The notes below the pieces were generated by a model. The model searched no databases. It was given only the letters and a program-made list of their open reading frames with translations, and had not been told where the DNA came from. A stretch of 64,000 nucleotides of DNA from a bacterium (lineage in GTDB: Bacteria; SM23-31): assembly GCA_965249485.1 (NCBI GenBank), contig CBDFMG010000005.1:32001-96000 (forward strand), given 5' to 3'. The position numbers and the translations under genes are program-made. Of the stretch, positions 60,524 to 64,000 are shown one piece after another; the stretch's first letter is position 1, and each line of letters opens with the position of its first letter.

Positions 60524-62827
60524 TCACTTTGGTTCTGCAGATTCCGCATCATTTAGCGACCGAATCACCCTGCTTACTGCCTTGTATACGACAAATGCCA
60601 ACAATGCCATTGAAAATATGAAGATCAGGTATTCTGTGGCATTTTCAAACACCTGTTCAGAGTCCCTTACACGCTCTGCTGGTGACGCGGCATTAACAGT
60701 GTGTGATGCCTTTCCACCCCACCCATTTTCAACCTCAATTAACACCTGCTCATGGTCTGTAACACTGCACATCTCATCGCATACCGTGCCGTACTCATGT
60801 ATCTTGTCGCCTGCCTTTACAGTTACGACATCTCCGAAATGTTTCTGCATTGCAAACTCTATGAGGCTTGTGGTGGCGTTTCCATATACTACCCTGTGTG
60901 CATCAATTGTATTCTGATCATTGATGTTGACGATCTCATTGTGCGGATTTTCAAAATCCGGTATGAAATTGAATGCCTTGTTTGCACCTCCAGCCGTCAT
61001 ATCAAACTGCATTTTGGCGTCCATGTCAAGTGCGTCATACATTGGGATTTCCAGAATCTTCAGGTCTCCTAGCGTGACAAATCCCTTTGAGAACTCGAGT
61101 CCTGTCTTGTTCTGCCACATCTCAAGCGTTCCGGTACCGGAGCCTTCCAGGCTCATCTGGTATGTGTCATCTACCACTGCTGTTGCAAAATGCTCATCAC
61201 CTGTATCATGGACTGTCTTGTCATGCAGGTAATCATCAAGCCAGACAGTTATTCTGTCCCTGTCTCCAAACTCATAATTGCTGTTGTCTGTTGAATTTAT
61301 CGGCACTGCTGATACTGTCATTGGTATCTGGTCAATCTTACCATCTGCTGTATACGCTACCATGTTGTACCATTCTGCAAATGGTGTGTGGGGATACTGG
61401 TAGGTGTACTCGAAATTCTCATAGTTTTCATGTCCTGCCCATTCATCGGAGTTGATGGTGTTGTATGTTGTTGTGTTTTCATACCATCTTCTCTCGTTTT
61501 CACCTGTAAGTATTGCATCTGCAATTTCTTGGTTTAGTCGCAGTACGCCATATCCTGCAACCTCAAACATTGCGTGATCCCCGCTTGATACCCACGGCGC
61601 ATGGTCTGTCCCGTTGATATGATCAATTGAATCCCATTTGAGCAGTCCTGGATCATGGTGTATTGGATCAATGTTGTACCCTCTGGATATTGACGTGGTG
61701 ACAGGGTGAAATGCGTTTATCTTACTGCGTCTTGTCTCGTGCAGTTTGTTCTCATCTCCTTGCCCTATTCCATTTGATCCGAAATAATGCATGACGATTC
61801 CCTGTCTGTCGTCATAGGAGTATTTTGCAGCGTCCTCCAGAACTGGATACTCGTAGTGCTCAAACTTTGGATCATAAAGCACTACAAGCTGTTTGGTGCT
61901 GTTTGTGTGTCTGTTTATTGCCTTTCCCTCGTTTAGCACCGTCACGTCATATATGATGTCATGAAATCCCGCATCACTTGTCTTGACTGCAGTATATGCG
62001 TACATTCCTCCACCGTTAGGCGAACTGTTTGGATATGGCAGATATCCTGTTCCATGCGCATTAGGTATTCCGCCTTCTACGGTGAGGAACTGATCACACA
62101 ACCTGTCGCATTCATATCCTCCCTCTTCTGCCAGTGGGGCAAACATGCGGTCATACTCAAATGATATTGTTCCTGCCCTCTCATTTTTGTAGATGAATTC
62201 CGGATCATGCTCTATTGCGATTGGATCCCACGGGTAATTTGTATAGTCATCGTTTGCAGCAATGTATCCGTCAGGGTCGCGTATGATGTGCTCTTGCAGA
62301 CCTACCTCGACTATCGGTGCCATTATGTCTGGATGCACATATGCCGTACGTTTTTTCAGATGCGAAGAGCATCCGCCATCATTGCAGTGTCTCTCTATTG
62401 CACTGATTGTAAGTGAGACGTATCCACACCTTCTGGTCTCCTCCCAGTCCACATCCCATCCTGATTTTCCGCCTCCGCCTCCGCTTGGAGCTCCAAGACA
62501 CTGGGTTGCCTGCGGTATGAGAATCTCTGCAATTCCGCTTGACTTGCCTCCGCCTGCAACGTTTACTGCCCCGCTATCACTTGGATAGTCTACTTTTTGG
62601 CTATGGCAAAACCTGGAAAAACTCCATTGAAAATGATATGTAAAGGCATCGCCGGGGTACAGAGTGCCATCAGGATTGTTTCTCAGATTGTCATCATCAT
62701 CTTTGACGTTATACTCGTCCCAGCCCCTTACCCACAGATAGCACGGCCTGTCTGCTGCATCAGCTTCTGGCAGTTGCACAAGGATGACTGCCGCTAAAAA
62801 AAGCATGGTTGGAATTGCTAATCCCAA
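60524..62827 (-). CDS. Large secreted, C-terminally membrane-anchored protein
   Basis: Signal peptide ending EADA; acidic body; C-terminal TM. Confidence 0.8.
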   Translation of the reverse strand: MGLAIPTMLFLAAVILVQLPEADAADRPCYLWVRGWDEYNVKDDDDNLRNNPDGTLYPGDAFTYHFQWSFSRFCHSQKVDYPSDSGAVNVAGGGKSSGIAEILIPQATQCLGAPSGGGGGKSGWDVDWEETRRCGYVSLTISAIERHCNDGGCSSHLKKRTAYVHPDIMAPIVEVGLQEHIIRDPDGYIAANDDYTNYPWDPIAIEHDPEFIYKNERAGTISFEYDRMFAPLAEEGGYECDRLCDQFLTVEGGIPNAHGTGYLPYPNSSPNGGGMYAYTAVKTSDAGFHDIIYDVTVLNEGKAINRHTNSTKQLVVLYDPKFEHYEYPVLEDAAKYSYDDRQGIVMHYFGSNGIGQGDENKLHETRRSKINAFHPVTTSISRGYNIDPIHHDPGLLKWDSIDHINGTDHAPWVSSGDHAMFEVAGYGVLRLNQEIADAILTGENERRWYENTTTYNTINSDEWAGHENYENFEYTYQYPHTPFAEWYNMVAYTADGKIDQIPMTVSAVPINSTDNSNYEFGDRDRITVWLDDYLHDKTVHDTGDEHFATAVVDDTYQMSLEGSGTGTLEMWQNKTGLEFSKGFVTLGDLKILEIPMYDALDMDAKMQFDMTAGGANKAFNFIPDFENPHNEIVNINDQNTIDAHRVVYGNATTSLIEFAMQKHFGDVVTVKAGDKIHEYGTVCDEMCSVTDHEQVLIEVENGWGGKASHTVNAASPAERVRDSEQVFENATEYLIFIFSMALLAFVVYKAVSRVIRSLNDAESAEPK

Positions 62828-63315
62828 GACTTTACCACCAACAGTTCTTTTGCAGGCGTTATGATGGCAAACCCGCTGTCGTCTGCATCACAGGCAACAC
62901 CGGCTATTCCAATGACACTGGTCCTGTTCCAAATTATATCAGTTTGATCCTGTCCAAACCCAATGTAGCATACCTTGTTTGGCGGTGGGTTTTTGTTTAA
63001 ACACCATTCATAAGGTATGATATTAAGATTATTGCTATTGACAAAAACACTTTTGGTCTTGTTGATAGAAATATTGACGTCATCTGAATAGTTATGCAAG
63101 ATGAATTGCAGGTCGTCTTGAATGTTGCATGCAACATTGCTGACTGCAAGCAGTTCGCTTGCCTTTAGCATTCCAAGATCAAACCTGTCCTCTATGGTGT
63201 ACTGTGCATCCTGCGCCTGCTCGTTAAAGGTATAGAGCAGTAGAGCTGTCGCGATTGAGAACACGCCTATAATTCCTATTGCAGACACTATCTCTGACAC
63301 TGCTGCATGTTTCAT
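62818..63315 (-). CDS. Type IV pilin-like protein
   Basis: Class III signal KHA-AVSEIVSAIGII. Confidence 0.7.
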   Translation of the reverse strand: MKHAAVSEIVSAIGIIGVFSIATALLLYTFNEQAQDAQYTIEDRFDLGMLKASELLAVSNVACNIQDDLQFILHNYSDDVNISINKTKSVFVNSNNLNIIPYEWCLNKNPPPNKVCYIGFGQDQTDIIWNRTSVIGIAGVACDADDSGFAIITPAKELLVVKSWD

Positions 63316-63896
63316 GGATATGTCACCTGTACTGATTCATATGCTGTGATTTCATTCTGTTCTCCATTGTTTGCAGTGACTTCGATTGTAATGTAATTTC
63401 CAATGTTGGCCGGAGCTGTGAAACTTCCAGTGTACTTCATCTCGATTCCCCTGATGGTGTCTTTTACATTTACATCATGATCAGGGGCGGTGTTATTGCA
63501 TGTGTACTTCTCATGGTCATTGCTTGGCGTGCATGTGACGTCTGGACTCAAATCCCCGCCAATCAGTATCTCACCTGTCCCTGATGTCTGGATTGTAAGA
63601 TCTAGATATATTCCATTTCCAAGCAGCCAGACATCAGCACCTATAAAATCAATGAAATCATCATCACGTGTATCAAACTGCTGCAACGTGGTACTGAATA
63701 CTGCAACTCCTGATGCTGCAATTGCAATCAGTATGATTACGCCAAATATTGCAGACAGTGCAGGCTTTTTTCTTGTTTTCTCCGGTGGCGATGTCTTGAT
63801 GTATCCGCGGAGCATGAGCTTGCCATTGTATATGTCCTTGTCATCATTCTCCCCATAATGCTCATAAAATTCCACCAAATGCTTATCATTTGGCAT
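63312..63896 (-). CDS. Type IV pilin-like protein
   Basis: RKKP-ALSAIFGVIILIAI; start may be downstream. Confidence 0.7.
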   Translation of the reverse strand: MPNDKHLVEFYEHYGENDDKDIYNGKLMLRGYIKTSPPEKTRKKPALSAIFGVIILIAIAASGVAVFSTTLQQFDTRDDDFIDFIGADVWLLGNGIYLDLTIQTSGTGEILIGGDLSPDVTCTPSNDHEKYTCNNTAPDHDVNVKDTIRGIEMKYTGSFTAPANIGNYITIEVTANNGEQNEITAYESVQVTYP

Positions 63897-64000
63897 GCTG
63901 GACCGTATGCATAGTACGTAGGAGATGCATGTCTTTTTGTTGTGTGTTATGATGTTGTTTTCCTTTTTTCCAGTCTTTTTGATCTTCTCGGCTAACTTGA

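Overview
This 64-kb window looks like part of a large archaeal mobile element (integrative/conjugative element or plasmid). The MCM N-terminus, GINS, TFB-like and small zinc-finger proteins resemble those of Nitrososphaerota (Nitrosopumilus-like); this is from recall, not a search. The left arm (1-36.9 kb, mostly + strand) carries replication genes (MCM, GINS A-domain, XPD/DinG helicase, minimal PolX), purD, six DNA methyltransferases, a DUF262-HNH nuclease, three RPDVKEK coding repeat arrays and many IS200/IS605 relics: one intact TnpB, a detached omega-RNA-like right end, and 46-bp end-fusion scars. The right arm (37.6-64 kb, - strand) carries a leading-region-like array of small genes, then ParM, a seventh methyltransferase, a prepilin peptidase and type IV pilins. 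The main finding is the non-coding content of the 37.6-54.4 kb gene array. It holds two canonical hammerhead ribozymes whose predicted cut leaves an AUG one base from the new 5' end, and a third hammerhead with an inserted domain. It also holds 11 copies, in three sequence families with compensatory base changes, of a pseudoknotted three-way-junction motif I cannot assign to a known RNA class. Five of these copies sit in a ~290-bp repeated header encoding a leader peptide coupled to unrelated cargo genes. No integrase, relaxase, tRNA, rRNA or CRISPR array was recognised. All structures were folded by eye.
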